DNA from: Planctomycetota bacterium
GTDB lineage: Bacteria > Planctomycetota > UBA8108 > SXIK01
Reading direction: 5' to 3'
Length of the DNA stretch: 64,000 bases
NCBI GenBank assembly: GCA_965223265.1
Contig: OZ244999.1
Coordinates: 7,424,001-7,488,000 of the forward strand
Below, piece by piece: positions 28,105 through 38,496 of the stretch (positions within the stretch are counted from its first letter, which is position 1; each line of letters begins with the position of its first letter). The position numbers and the translations under genes were made by a program. The notes beneath the pieces were generated by a model. That model did not search any database, was not told the DNA's origin, and saw only the letters and a program-made list of their open reading frames with translations.

Positions 28105-30387
28105 TCACGATGACGGATTCGGCGGCACCAACAGCCGACTACACGCGAGCTCGCACACCAACAGGATCAGCACCGCGCCGATCAAGAACGGCCAGTACTC
28201 TTGCCGGGCCGCCGCATCGACACTCACCTCGAGCGGCGTGTTCACGTTCGTCTCAACCTCGAAACCCGCAGCCTCTCGAATCGTTCTTAGCGCGTCGTCG
28301 GCGACTCGCTCGAGTCTCGACTCCGCGACTGGAAAATTCACGGCGTACCACTCGACCGCGTCTACATCGCCGAGCTCACCACCGAGGTGCGCAGCATAAA
28401 AACCCGGCGTCGCGGTGGCATTCACTCGCCCGATGAGGCGCCCTGACTCGAACTCTATTTCGAGCGCAAGCTTGGTGCCGTTCGGGTCAACGACATAGGA
28501 GGCTTCCGCACGTCGATGGGCGCTCAAGTCGAATCGCAGTGGCTCTCCGCAGGTCACATGTCGCCCAGCAAACGACCGGTGAGCAGCATGACGAACGACT
28601 TGGTGCAGTAGCGGCAGGAAGAGCGGGGTGCGCGGCAGCGGCGTCTCTAGCGGCTCAGGTGCCGACGCGAACAGAATCACCCGGCCGTCACCGTACTCCT
28701 TCTCGATCAGCCACGGACTCACTTCACCGCCGTGCGAGTTGCTGATGAGCCGTTTGGCATCAGATCTAACCTCTTCGAAGACCGTCCAGCGCAGCACCGA
28801 GACACGGTCCAGATCGCCCTGGTCCGGAGGCGTGAAGGGTGCGAGGGCAGGGTGCTCATCTGCTTCGAGTCGAAGATACCCGCTGCCACCTCCGTCCGCC
28901 TCGACACGACGCGCCAAACGCGCCGGCAGGAAACTACTCTGACGCCGAAATGCGAGCCGGTTCCACGTCTGGCGCGGCAGCTGGCCACCGCAAAACAAGA
29001 TCAAGCCACCGCCGCGACGAACAAACTCCTGCAAACGCAACATCGACGTCCGATCGAGCGTCGGCAAGTCGCAGACGACAACGACGTCGTGTCGGTCTAT
29101 GTCATCCGTCTCTAACGTCGCCGCGAATTCATGACGCAAAGCCGTCGCCGCATGTTCGGCAGCAGAGCCGTTCTCTCCAGGGCGCAGAGCCAGTTCGACG
29201 TACCGGGCAGTACCGATCTCCCGCGGCGTCGTTCCAACCACCAGAACAGAAATCGCGTCGCGGACTAGGAACAATTCGTGACGCCGATTGTCAGCAGCCA
29301 AAGCATCACCGGGAAGCTCAGCGACCAACCGAGTGACACCGCCGGCGTCGAACACGCTTTCGACGGTAGCGACACCGCGGCCTGCTGTGTCGACTGCGAC
29401 GGCCAAGTTCGACAGTTCTTTGATGTTCGTCGCGAGTCGGACACGGAGCGTGTCGCCCGCAGCCGCCCCACCAATCTGCGGTGTCGATTGAGGAAGTGCA
29501 GCCGCAGAACCTGAGCCAGCCGATGGCACCCTAGTCGACGATCGCGCCACACCGACCGTCAACTCGGTCGGTGTGGCTGCCGTCGCAGCCAGGAGTGGGG
29601 TGGACAGGTTCCACAAGAAGTGATTCGTCGCCGTCGAGGCGCCGCAGTCGATGACTCGAAGCGTAGCGAGCGGCAGCCCCTTGCTCTCGAGCTGCGCCTT
29701 CAGAAGCCTCCACTCCGAGACACGCGTCTCGTCGATCACGTTCTCCGCCAGGTCCGAGAAGACCCAGATCTCACGCTTGTCGGACGTTAGAGCACTGAGA
29801 TGAATGGACGCCTCTTCAACCGCGTCGAGCAGCGAGAAGGTAGGCCCATCAGCCGTCAAACGAGCGATGTGATCCCGCGCCTGCTCGCTGCTGACGACCG
29901 CCGTCGGAGGCCGCTGGCCGACTCCCTCCTCCGCGATCCGACCCGCACCGCTGGCCGCGAGCACGACGACCTGATCGAAGGGAGTCAACGATGCGAGGAC
30001 GTCGACGGCTCCACTCCGGGCGCGTTCGAAGCTTGTCGTACCGCTGTCGCTGTCGACGCATGTCATGCTCAGGGACGTGTCGATCACAACAAGCACGCCT
30101 CGAGTGTTTCGAGTCGAGGCAGTTGAGTTTTTGGCGAACGGCCGCATGACGGCGAGAACGACGAATAGGATGATGAGAGTTCGGATCCCGAGTAGGAGAG
30201 CTTCGAGAAGCCGCAATCTCTTGGCGTGACGGCGATGCGCTTGTAGTAAGAACCGAAAGGTCGGCCACGAGACGACGGGAGCGTGATAGCGTCGAAGGAT
30301 GAAAAAGAGCGCCGGAACGAGAACGAAAAGCAGGCACGGAAGGAGGTAGGAATTCTCGAATCGCATCGCCATCAGTTCAAACGTCAC
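28105..30387 (-). CDS. BatA N-terminal plus VWA domain membrane protein
   Basis: BatA-like N-terminus (F.N..L...P....R...V.WPTFRFL...R.L...A..RP), DTSLSM MIDAS, VFSD and a C-terminal TM segment. Confidence 0.85.
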   Translation of the reverse strand: MTFELMAMRFENSYLLPCLLFVLVPALFFILRRYHAPVVSWPTFRFLLQAHRRHAKRLRLLEALLLGIRTLIILFVVLAVMRPFAKNSTASTRNTRGVLVVIDTSLSMTCVDSDSGTTSFERARSGAVDVLASLTPFDQVVVLAASGAGRIAEEGVGQRPPTAVVSSEQARDHIARLTADGPTFSLLDAVEEASIHLSALTSDKREIWVFSDLAENVIDETRVSEWRLLKAQLESKGLPLATLRVIDCGASTATNHFLWNLSTPLLAATAATPTELTVGVARSSTRVPSAGSGSAAALPQSTPQIGGAAAGDTLRVRLATNIKELSNLAVAVDTAGRGVATVESVFDAGGVTRLVAELPGDALAADNRRHELFLVRDAISVLVVGTTPREIGTARYVELALRPGENGSAAEHAATALRHEFAATLETDDIDRHDVVVVCDLPTLDRTSMLRLQEFVRRGGGLILFCGGQLPRQTWNRLAFRRQSSFLPARLARRVEADGGGSGYLRLEADEHPALAPFTPPDQGDLDRVSVLRWTVFEEVRSDAKRLISNSHGGEVSPWLIEKEYGDGRVILFASAPEPLETPLPRTPLFLPLLHQVVRHAAHRSFAGRHVTCGEPLRFDLSAHRRAEASYVVDPNGTKLALEIEFESGRLIGRVNATATPGFYAAHLGGELGDVDAVEWYAVNFPVAESRLERVADDALRTIREAAGFEVETNVNTPLEVSVDAAARQEYWPFLIGAVLILLVCELACSRLLVPPNPSS

Positions 30388-30434
30388 GCATAGAGATGAG
30401 TCGGCGGCAACGGGACCGTCAAGAGCACACCAAG

Positions 30435-31352
30435 TCAGCGCAAAGCCTGACGAGTTCGGCCTCCGCCGCGTTTTCGCAGCGCAAGGTAGCTGGACAGGGC
30501 GGCTTCAAACGGTTCGCTAGTCCAAACGGGAACGTAGTCGGCAGTTGCCGCCAAACAACCTCGTCGCAGCGCGTCCCGGTGTGCCTCAAGCTGCTCGCGA
30601 TACCAATGCGAAACCTGACGCGCGTCGAGTCGCAGCTGGATCCCCGGGGCCTCGGGGTCACAGAATCGTGCCGTGCCTTGAACGGGCAAAGTCTGCTCGC
30701 TAGGAGACATCACGTGAAAGACGATCGCCTCCCAACCGCGGTGACGCAAATCGGTCAGCGCTCGAATCAGTGGTCCCGCTTCCTCGATGAGGTCGGAAAG
30801 GACAATCGCTAGGCTCCGGCGGCGCAAACGTGATGCAACTTCTTGGAGTGCATCCGCGACTCTCGTCTCACCGTCCGGCGTCGCGTTCTCGAGTGTTTGA
30901 AAAATGGTGTTCAAATGCTGCGCCGTCGATTTTGGCGGCAAGAAGGAACGAACTCCTGTGTCGACCAGAGCGGCCCCCACCGCATCTCCTTGGCGCCGCA
31001 GCAAGAACCCGAGGGCAGCGGCTAAACACGAGGCATAGCGAAAGCGTGACAGTTCACCGGTTGGGAACCCCATAGAAGCGGAGGCATCGACGACCAGTAC
31101 GGCGCGTACATTGGTCTCGGCTTCGTATTCTTTGAGATAGTATCGATCGGTGCGTGCGAAAGTGCGCCAATCGATTTTCCGAATCTCGTCCCCAGGAACA
31201 TAGGGTCGATGGGCAGCGAACTCAGTGGACGAACCCCGTGCAGGGCTGAAGTGCACGCCGTTGAGAAACCCTTCGACAAGCGTCCGTGCAACAAGATCGA
31301 GCCGACCGAGCCGGCTAACAACAAGCGGATCTAAGAATTCGTGTGTCGCCAC
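30435..31352 (-). CDS. DUF58 family protein
   Basis: G.H.S..RGSSTEF..HRPY.PGDEIRKIDW...ARTDRYYLKEYE.ET and DASASM. Confidence 0.92.
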   Translation of the reverse strand: MATHEFLDPLVVSRLGRLDLVARTLVEGFLNGVHFSPARGSSTEFAAHRPYVPGDEIRKIDWRTFARTDRYYLKEYEAETNVRAVLVVDASASMGFPTGELSRFRYASCLAAALGFLLRRQGDAVGAALVDTGVRSFLPPKSTAQHLNTIFQTLENATPDGETRVADALQEVASRLRRRSLAIVLSDLIEEAGPLIRALTDLRHRGWEAIVFHVMSPSEQTLPVQGTARFCDPEAPGIQLRLDARQVSHWYREQLEAHRDALRRGCLAATADYVPVWTSEPFEAALSSYLALRKRGGGRTRQALR

Positions 31353-31503
31353 GGTAACCGGTTGGCCTCAGGCAGACGTCCCTGCGCCGATCGCTGTTGT
31401 CTCAGGCCACTGCACAAGGAACAGTCGTGAATCTTTCGATGCAATCGTCTCTCTCGCCGTAAACTCGTCCGACCGGGCGGGCGCGAAATGGCCAAACGCG
31501 AGA

Positions 31504-32556
31504 CTAAATATTCGACTCCCGGCTCAAATCGTCGAGCAAACGCCTCAGAATCGCACCCGCACCCATATCTTCAGCCTCTGCATTGAAATTGGTCACAAGT
31601 CGGTGCTCGAGAACTGGCAATGCGAGCGCTTCGATGTCTTCCGTCGCGACGTGAACACGACCATGGAGCAACGCGCGCACCTTGGCGCAGTGAATAAGAC
31701 TCTTCGCGGCACGCGGACCGACTCCCCATGAAACGTATTCACGCACGTAGTCCGGAGCACCGACCTGTTCTGGTCGCGTGCCACGAACAAGCCGCAGCGC
31801 GAAGTCATAAACGTGATCACCAACAGGAACGAGTGGAGCCAATGATTGGATCGAAAGAATCTGCTCGGCATCGAGCACTTGGCTCACCTCAATCGTGTCG
31901 GGATCTTTGGTTTGCTTCATGATCTCGAGCTCTTCGTCTTCGCTCGGATATCCCAAACGCAGCCCGAGCAGGAAACGATCGAGCTGCGCTTCGGGCAAGT
32001 TGTAGGTGCCCTCTTGCTCAATGGGATTCTGCGTGGCGATGACGAAGAACGGTGACGGCAGCGCGATGGTCCTCTCGCCTACCGTGACGTGCCGTTCCTG
32101 CATCGCTTCGAGCAGAGCCGCCTGCGTCTTCGGGGGAGTTCGGTTGATCTCGTCGGCGAGAAGCATGTTGGTGAACACTGGGCCGTTGATGAATCGGAAG
32201 GATCGACCGCCCGTATCCGGGTCCTCTTGCAGGACCTCTGTGCCGGTGATGTCCGACGGCATTAAATCGGGGGTGAACTGCACGCGGCGAAATTTCAGAG
32301 AAAGAAGCCGCGACAGTGTGCTGACGAGCAATGTCTTTGCCATTCCCGGGACGCCCACAAGGATGCAGTGCCCCCCCGCGAAAAGAGCCAGCACGACTTG
32401 CTCGACGATCTCGTCCTGGCCGACGATGACCTTGTGCATCTCGGAGCGCACCCGCTCGAACCCCTCACGCAGCACCTTGACGTGATCCGCCACGGCGGCC
32501 TCATCGGCAAGAGTGCGTTCGGCGTCAGTGAAGTCTGCCGGATCGGAAAGAACCAT
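31504..32556 (-). CDS. moxR: MoxR-family AAA+ ATPase
   Basis: GVPGMAKT Walker A, RVQFTPDLMPSDITG, LADEINRTPPKTQAALLEAMQE and ATQNPIEQEGTY. Confidence 0.95.
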   Translation of the reverse strand: MVLSDPADFTDAERTLADEAAVADHVKVLREGFERVRSEMHKVIVGQDEIVEQVVLALFAGGHCILVGVPGMAKTLLVSTLSRLLSLKFRRVQFTPDLMPSDITGTEVLQEDPDTGGRSFRFINGPVFTNMLLADEINRTPPKTQAALLEAMQERHVTVGERTIALPSPFFVIATQNPIEQEGTYNLPEAQLDRFLLGLRLGYPSEDEELEIMKQTKDPDTIEVSQVLDAEQILSIQSLAPLVPVGDHVYDFALRLVRGTRPEQVGAPDYVREYVSWGVGPRAAKSLIHCAKVRALLHGRVHVATEDIEALALPVLEHRLVTNFNAEAEDMGAGAILRRLLDDLSRESNI

Positions 32557-32618
32557 ATGTTGTCGTCCGTCACGTAAAAAAAGAAAGTGCTCCAAGTCCT
32601 GGAACGCCGTTGCGTCAG

Positions 32619-35024
32619 CTAACGCGCGGACTCCGCACGCCGCGCCTCTTCTACCGCGACGCGCAGCTGCGGATCACCGACCAACGTGACGAACGGGCCA
32701 CCTTCTGCTGCCTCGTCGGCGCGGAGACGAGAGACCGTGCGCAGCGCGGAGACGACATCCGCCCGGCTTAAGCTAGTGGCCATTCGCGCGTAGAGCTGAT
32801 CAAACTCTCTGATCTGCTCCGGGCCCCACGCCATCTCGTCAACAGAGTAGTCATCAAGTTGGTGCTTGTGGGTGTGAAAAAAAGCGTTCATCTGCGAGGA
32901 ATACATGACACGGTTGAATTCTTGCAACTGCGTGTTGTTCAATCGACTCAATGGGCTCCCGACTTCGATGTCGGGCGTGACACCGTCTTGCAAGCGCTCA
33001 CCGAGTGGGCGCAGGATCGACGTCGTGGAGAGAATGAGCTGGCTTCGACCTCCGAGAATCTTCTGCGTCGCCGGACTCAGCGGGAAAATCTTCTGCTCGA
33101 GCCCCTTGCCGTAGGTCTGCTCGCCGACGACGACTGCACGTTGAAAATCTTTCAGAGTCGCCGCCAGCAACTCGGCTGCGCTCGCGGTGCGACGATTCAC
33201 AACGACGACGATTGGTCCAGAAAAGAGCGGCGGCCGATCAGGATGCACCGTCTCCTCGGTTCCGTCGACACTGAGGCGCCGTATAAGCGGCAGGCCGAGT
33301 TGTGCTGTCACGAGGACGTCGGCCGTGGCGACCGCCTCCCCCGTGAGGCCGCCAGGGTTGTCGCGCAGATCGATGACGAGACTGTTGAGCGGACGCCGCG
33401 CATCCTCGCCTTCGCCCGTGAGCGCGCGCAGTGCAGCAACAAATTCCCTTTGGGTGTCTTCGCCAAACAAGACGATCTTGATATAGCCGATACCCGGCTC
33501 CACGATTTGGTGCGTCACGTAGGGCAGCGTCAGTTCACCTCGCCGACAATGGAACGGCTTCGGACGTTCCCAGCCAAACCGTTCGACGACGAGACTAATC
33601 TCCTCCATACCGCTGCGCAGGAGCCTATCGAACTGCTTCAAATCATGCGCGCGCGTCGATAGCCCGTTGAGTCTGACGATGCGATCGCCGCTGCGCAGGC
33701 CAGCCTGGAACGCCGGCCCATCCTTGTGCACTTTGGCAACGACCAACGCCTCGCCTCGCTCGGGCAGGAGAAGTCTCAGCCCAAAGCCGCGATACAGCCC
33801 GAAGAGCTGCTCCTCCCGGCGGACGACCTCCTCCGGGCCGAGAAAACGCGAATAGGGATCGAGACCTTTGACGAACGCCTTGAGCGCGGCGACGAGCAAA
33901 TCACGCTCGCTCGAAGCCTGCTCGCTGACAGAGTGGCGCAAGATCTTCTCGATCACGTCGCGGAACGCGCCGTAGAACCGATCGGTTGTACCGTTGTGAG
34001 AGGAATGGGGACTCCCAGGCGGCGGAACACGGGACAGCTCTTGCTTGAGCTGATCGATCTCGCGACGCAGCTCGCGCTCAGCGTCGTTTCCGGGTTGGGG
34101 CGTGCTCCGTACCACGACCCATCGAGCGGCCTCCCGACCACGTTCTGTTGGTTCCCCGCGTAGGATGCGCAAAACACGGTCGACGTCCGGCGAGGGATGG
34201 CCAGCCGACGCCAACAACAACGCCGCTTCGTTCTTGAGGTTGTCGTCCGAGCCCTTGAGCAGGCCGAAGATCGGCGCCAGTCGATGGTTCTGATTCGTCA
34301 GCGCGTAGAGAGCCAGGCAGGCTTCCATCATCCGCGCCGGCTGTGAAGTCTCGCGGACGATTTCCTCGAGTCCAGCAATCACGTGTGCTGAATAGCTCCG
34401 CTTCGCGAGCAACCGGATCGCGGCGAGCCCGACGCTCTCTTCCGCCTCTTCTTCGATCGCGGTGGTGAGCAGAGACAAAAGGGCACGGTCGTGAAACGCT
34501 CGTTCCTTACGGGCAGCAAGTAACTCCGCGGCGATCAATCGCTGCATGCCCTGCGTTTGCGGCAGAATCGCATAGAGTGCGTCAGCAACAGTGAGCGGTG
34601 CCGACCGGAACTCTGAGCGGAGTTTCTCCACGCCGCTCCACGAACTTGCGATGTCGCGCTGAGCGAGGCTTTCGATGCGACTCAGGAGAGCATCGATACC
34701 CGCCGCCGAGTCGCCACCGTCGCTGCCATCAACCGTGGCGTCGGTTTCGACTCCGTTGCCGATGCCCGCGCTCGGAGTCGGCGCAGGCTTGAGACCAGTG
34801 GTCCCCGATTTTTCGGTCAATACCGTTTTCGGTGCGGGCGATGAAGATGGGATCGGCGATCGCGGCGGCGGAGCCGGTGGTGCGGAGGCTTCCGGAACGA
34901 CCTCGGGCGGGGTGGCTTCGAGCACAAACGACTCATACGCACAAGCCCAGAGAACGAGCGTCACGACCAGGAGCATCGCGCCGACGGCGAGATATCGCCC
35001 AAACGAGTCTACGCGTCGTGTCAT
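32619..35024 (-). CDS. S41-family C-terminal processing protease with N-terminal HEAT-like repeats and PDZ domain
   Basis: LDPYS, PDZ (GPAFQAGLRSGD), DLRDNPGG, TASAAE (catalytic Ser), GEQTYGKG (catalytic Lys), GVTPDI. Confidence 0.85.
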   Translation of the reverse strand: MTRRVDSFGRYLAVGAMLLVVTLVLWACAYESFVLEATPPEVVPEASAPPAPPPRSPIPSSSPAPKTVLTEKSGTTGLKPAPTPSAGIGNGVETDATVDGSDGGDSAAGIDALLSRIESLAQRDIASSWSGVEKLRSEFRSAPLTVADALYAILPQTQGMQRLIAAELLAARKERAFHDRALLSLLTTAIEEEAEESVGLAAIRLLAKRSYSAHVIAGLEEIVRETSQPARMMEACLALYALTNQNHRLAPIFGLLKGSDDNLKNEAALLLASAGHPSPDVDRVLRILRGEPTERGREAARWVVVRSTPQPGNDAERELRREIDQLKQELSRVPPPGSPHSSHNGTTDRFYGAFRDVIEKILRHSVSEQASSERDLLVAALKAFVKGLDPYSRFLGPEEVVRREEQLFGLYRGFGLRLLLPERGEALVVAKVHKDGPAFQAGLRSGDRIVRLNGLSTRAHDLKQFDRLLRSGMEEISLVVERFGWERPKPFHCRRGELTLPYVTHQIVEPGIGYIKIVLFGEDTQREFVAALRALTGEGEDARRPLNSLVIDLRDNPGGLTGEAVATADVLVTAQLGLPLIRRLSVDGTEETVHPDRPPLFSGPIVVVVNRRTASAAELLAATLKDFQRAVVVGEQTYGKGLEQKIFPLSPATQKILGGRSQLILSTTSILRPLGERLQDGVTPDIEVGSPLSRLNNTQLQEFNRVMYSSQMNAFFHTHKHQLDDYSVDEMAWGPEQIREFDQLYARMATSLSRADVVSALRTVSRLRADEAAEGGPFVTLVGDPQLRVAVEEARRAESAR

Positions 35025-35253
35025 ACAGTCAAACGCTACCGCCTGCTATTGCCGTGTATCCATCAACACCGCTTCGATGGTACCACGACCAACCGCCCCA
35101 TTCCCAGGACGCGCTGCCGACCGCTAACAGCGCTAAGGTCGAGTCAGCCGCTGAAACACCGAATTCGAGTCGAGAGCGCGAACAGGGTCGTGTCGGTGAA
35201 TGCCCGAATCATGTCGGGTTTGTGATCTGTGACCGGCAAACGCCGTTCGTCTA

Positions 35254-36477
35254 TTAGCCGTCGATGCTACTGGGCGTGCGGGTCCCACCCACCTTCTCGA
35301 GCGCCGCTTGAAATCGCAGCAGCTCTTCCTGCGGTGGTGCTAGCCACTTGCCGCGCGTCGTTCGTTGACGAACGGTCTCCCCTTGATACACGACGCTTGT
35401 GATGTGGAGGCCGTCGTCGTTGAACACGTGAACTCGATTCTTCGGACCTAGAACCACCCACGTCTTCTCTTCAACGTCGCGATAGATCGACGTCCCATCG
35501 GCGGCGAGCGCATCCTGCAGCGCCGTAGCGGCAGGACGCCGACGATCGAGGTGGCGATCCTGCGAATGGCGGGTACGGCGTTTCTGTTGGCGAAAAATTC
35601 GCTCAAGGTTGCGTGCTAGCTGCTCAAAGATCCTATGCGATCGGCGACGATAGAGCCCCCAGCGTTGACGCCTCGGCGACTTCAGTAGCGAAAGATCCTG
35701 TAGTCGAGAGCGTGCAATCGAAATAGCGTCAATCAGCCGCGGGTCCGCGTCGGCTTCGAGTGCGTCGAAGGCGCTACCACCATCAGGCAGCACGCCGATG
35801 ACGTTCAGAAGCGCACCGCGGCGAAGGTCTCCGGTATGCACCGCCTGGACCGTTAGAGCCACGTTTGCACGCGGCACCCCCGGCCGACCACCGAGCCGCA
35901 GGTACCCGACGATGAGCTGGCCCAGGAGTCGGAAGTGAGACGCCCACTTGCCGTAAACCTGTAGCTGCTGCTCCGTCAATTCGGCTGCACTTTGGACGAG
36001 CGCGATCGGATACGCCCCATCGTCATAAAGTCGATGGACCCGCGGGTCACGTCGATCGATCAAAACCGAACCGAACTCGCGCCAGCGCGGCTCGCCCGTC
36101 TGCGAAAAGCCGACAAATACACTGCGCGGTTCCACGGGAGCGGAATGATCGCAGTCGAAGCTCTTACACCAGTGGCAGTAGACTCTTCCGCGAGGAATCG
36201 GAGTCTCCTGTTGGACGAGCCGATCGACATGCCGGCGGAGCTGCTCAAAGAGCTCCGACGACGTCGATTCGCCCTCTCGAGCGGTCAGTCGGAAACTCAA
36301 TGGCTCCTGCCGCGGCTCCCGGGCAAGAGACCCGCTGGCCTGCTTGTGGGCGATGAGATCCGCGTAAAGTCGCCGCAGCTTCGCCTCGATTTCGCGAGCT
36401 CGCCCAGCGAACGCATCGAACGACACCCCCTCTTGCGCAGTGGCGTCCCGCTTTCCATCGCCTTGCTGCGAGTCCAT
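35254..36477 (-). CDS. Hypothetical protein
   Basis: 407-aa ORF with an AGGAG RBS and a CxxC(x3)CxH cluster. Confidence 0.6.
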   Translation of the reverse strand: MDSQQGDGKRDATAQEGVSFDAFAGRAREIEAKLRRLYADLIAHKQASGSLAREPRQEPLSFRLTAREGESTSSELFEQLRRHVDRLVQQETPIPRGRVYCHWCKSFDCDHSAPVEPRSVFVGFSQTGEPRWREFGSVLIDRRDPRVHRLYDDGAYPIALVQSAAELTEQQLQVYGKWASHFRLLGQLIVGYLRLGGRPGVPRANVALTVQAVHTGDLRRGALLNVIGVLPDGGSAFDALEADADPRLIDAISIARSRLQDLSLLKSPRRQRWGLYRRRSHRIFEQLARNLERIFRQQKRRTRHSQDRHLDRRRPAATALQDALAADGTSIYRDVEEKTWVVLGPKNRVHVFNDDGLHITSVVYQGETVRQRTTRGKWLAPPQEELLRFQAALEKVGGTRTPSSIDG

Positions 36478-36756
36478 AGCCCACTCCTTTCGTTCTTGCC
36501 CGCTTCGGTGCCTCCCAGCTCAGTGAGCGAGCGGTGCGGGAGGCTGGCGGAATGCGACTCGATTCTACCGCGCCGCAGCAAGGAGATTCTACGATGGCCC
36601 CCGGGCTCCCGCCGGTTCGGATGTCGTCGCGAGGAGCGCGGCTCCGAACGCCCTGTAGAAAACCGTTTCGACAACAAACATCGCCGATATGTACACCTGC
36701 GCTAACCCGAAACCAGCTGTGCGCGAGGTTGCAGAGCCTCTGTCCTGTCCGCAGCG

Positions 36757-37593
36757 TCACCGTGGCCTACGCGCTAGCGCGAAGAGTTGCGATGCAAAGA
36801 GTTCCTTCAGCCAACGGCTACGGCGAAACCCTTTCAACAGGGGGTCTTTGATGCGCGACGATCCAAAGACTCGGTGCAATGGGTAGGTGCCTTCAAGCCA
36901 GAGAGCGTCGATTTCGAAGCCGCTGCTGCGGAGCGATCGCTTCAGATCGCCCCGCGTCTGCTCGTTGACGTGGTAGAGTGGTCCTGACCCAGGCGTCATC
37001 TCGGTGCGCAGGTCAGTGGGCAGCCGGACGCCCCAAAGCCGCGAGAGCCGCGCCAACACAGGAATCGTGAAATTGAGCAGGCGGCGGTTCGGCTGCGTGT
37101 GAATGACAGCTCGGCCACCCGGTCGAAGAACTCGACGCACTTCTCGCAGGAGTCGATAGTTCGCCTGCGCCGGGAGATGCTCGACGACGTCGCTAAGAAC
37201 GACCGCGTCGACCTCCCCAGAGGGAAGGGGAAGATGTTCGGCTCGTGCGCGGAGAATCGCGACGCTCAGATCCGCCTCCGGCGGTGCTTCCCGACGCCAG
37301 ACGGCAAGTGCTTCGCTTGTCAACCGGACCGCACTCGGGGACGGATCGAGCGCGACGGCGCGAGCACCGCGACGAGCGACCTGCAAGGCCACTTCACCGC
37401 GGCCGCATCCGACGTCGACAATGCGTTCGCCCGGTTTCGCCGCAAGCAGATTCACGACCTTGCGCAGGCGCCGGCTCAGCCTGCGCCCACTCGTGGAACG
37501 AAACAGCTGATGCCCCTCGCAATCGTCTAGGTAGTAACGGCGAGGGTAGAGTTTTTCCAGCGTCGACGCGTCAACGAGCTCTTGGTTCGACAC
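36757..37593 (-). CDS. Class I SAM-dependent methyltransferase
   Basis: VDVGCGRG, DVVEHL and RVLRPGG motifs. Confidence 0.85.
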   Translation of the reverse strand: MSNQELVDASTLEKLYPRRYYLDDCEGHQLFRSTSGRRLSRRLRKVVNLLAAKPGERIVDVGCGRGEVALQVARRGARAVALDPSPSAVRLTSEALAVWRREAPPEADLSVAILRARAEHLPLPSGEVDAVVLSDVVEHLPAQANYRLLREVRRVLRPGGRAVIHTQPNRRLLNFTIPVLARLSRLWGVRLPTDLRTEMTPGSGPLYHVNEQTRGDLKRSLRSSGFEIDALWLEGTYPLHRVFGSSRIKDPLLKGFRRSRWLKELFASQLFALARRPR

Positions 37594-38113
37594 CGATCAG
37601 TTCCACATCGAGCGTCAGATCTGCACCAGGCGGAACGACGGTCGGATGGCCGGCGCTGCCGTACGCTAAGCTGCTCGGCACGAAAAGCTCACGCCGTTCA
37701 CCCGGCGCCATGTCGAGAAGTGCATACAAGAGCCCGTCGATCAGCTCCATGCTGCTGAGCACCTGCGTCTGAGGCTTCTTCCCCGCACGGGTGTCGCCGA
37801 TCTGTTGCCCACTCGTGAGGCGCCCAGTCCAATGAAACGACACCGTGTCACCAAGTTTCGGAGACTCGCCGCTTCCCTTCTGAAGGACGACGTACTCGAA
37901 CCCTTTCGGATGCCGCTGCCGAGCACCGGCGCTCGTGTCGCTGCCGGCCTGCAGGGCCCCGGTCGCGGCAGCGCCAGAATCGACAGCCTCCTTGTCCTGC
38001 GAATCACAGCCAGACGCGAAAAGCGCCAAAGAAAGAGCGCTCGCAAGAGCCACAAGTCCGAGGCGGTTTCGGCAGTTTTGGTGCTGGGTCATGGGATCTT
38101 GATCGTTCGTCAA
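37571..38113 (-). CDS. FKBP-type peptidyl-prolyl isomerase (lipoprotein)
   Basis: ASGC lipobox, G.G..PK.GDTV.FHWTG.L, GERRELFVPSSLAYG and VPPGADL..DVEL. Confidence 0.88.
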   Translation of the reverse strand: MTNDQDPMTQHQNCRNRLGLVALASALSLALFASGCDSQDKEAVDSGAAATGALQAGSDTSAGARQRHPKGFEYVVLQKGSGESPKLGDTVSFHWTGRLTSGQQIGDTRAGKKPQTQVLSSMELIDGLLYALLDMAPGERRELFVPSSLAYGSAGHPTVVPPGADLTLDVELIGVEPRAR

Positions 38114-38496
38114 AAGGATAGTTGTTGACTCGCGTCCGCACGCATGGCGGGCGACAGGGGCGATCCAAACGCGAGCAGTTGTCTATCCCTTGGACGCTCA
38201 CCCGTCCGATCGCTGACGTCGCGATGCGTGACCGTTATTCACCCCCTACGATACCGGTTTTTCTGAGGTAGGAAAGGGGGAAACACCGCGTCTCCTCTGT
38301 CCGAGTGGTGACGAGGCACGCCGCTTGCCGCAACGGACCTCCAGTGGCCCCTGGAAACCGTGATGCAATCGTGAGTGAAGCGAACATGGAGACTCGACGA
38401 CGAAACCTTCAGCCCCCCTCTTTGCCGAAAGACGCTGGCATGGTAAAGGGGTACTCTTCAAATTCGATGAATTCGCGTAGTGACGGTTCCGTCGAG

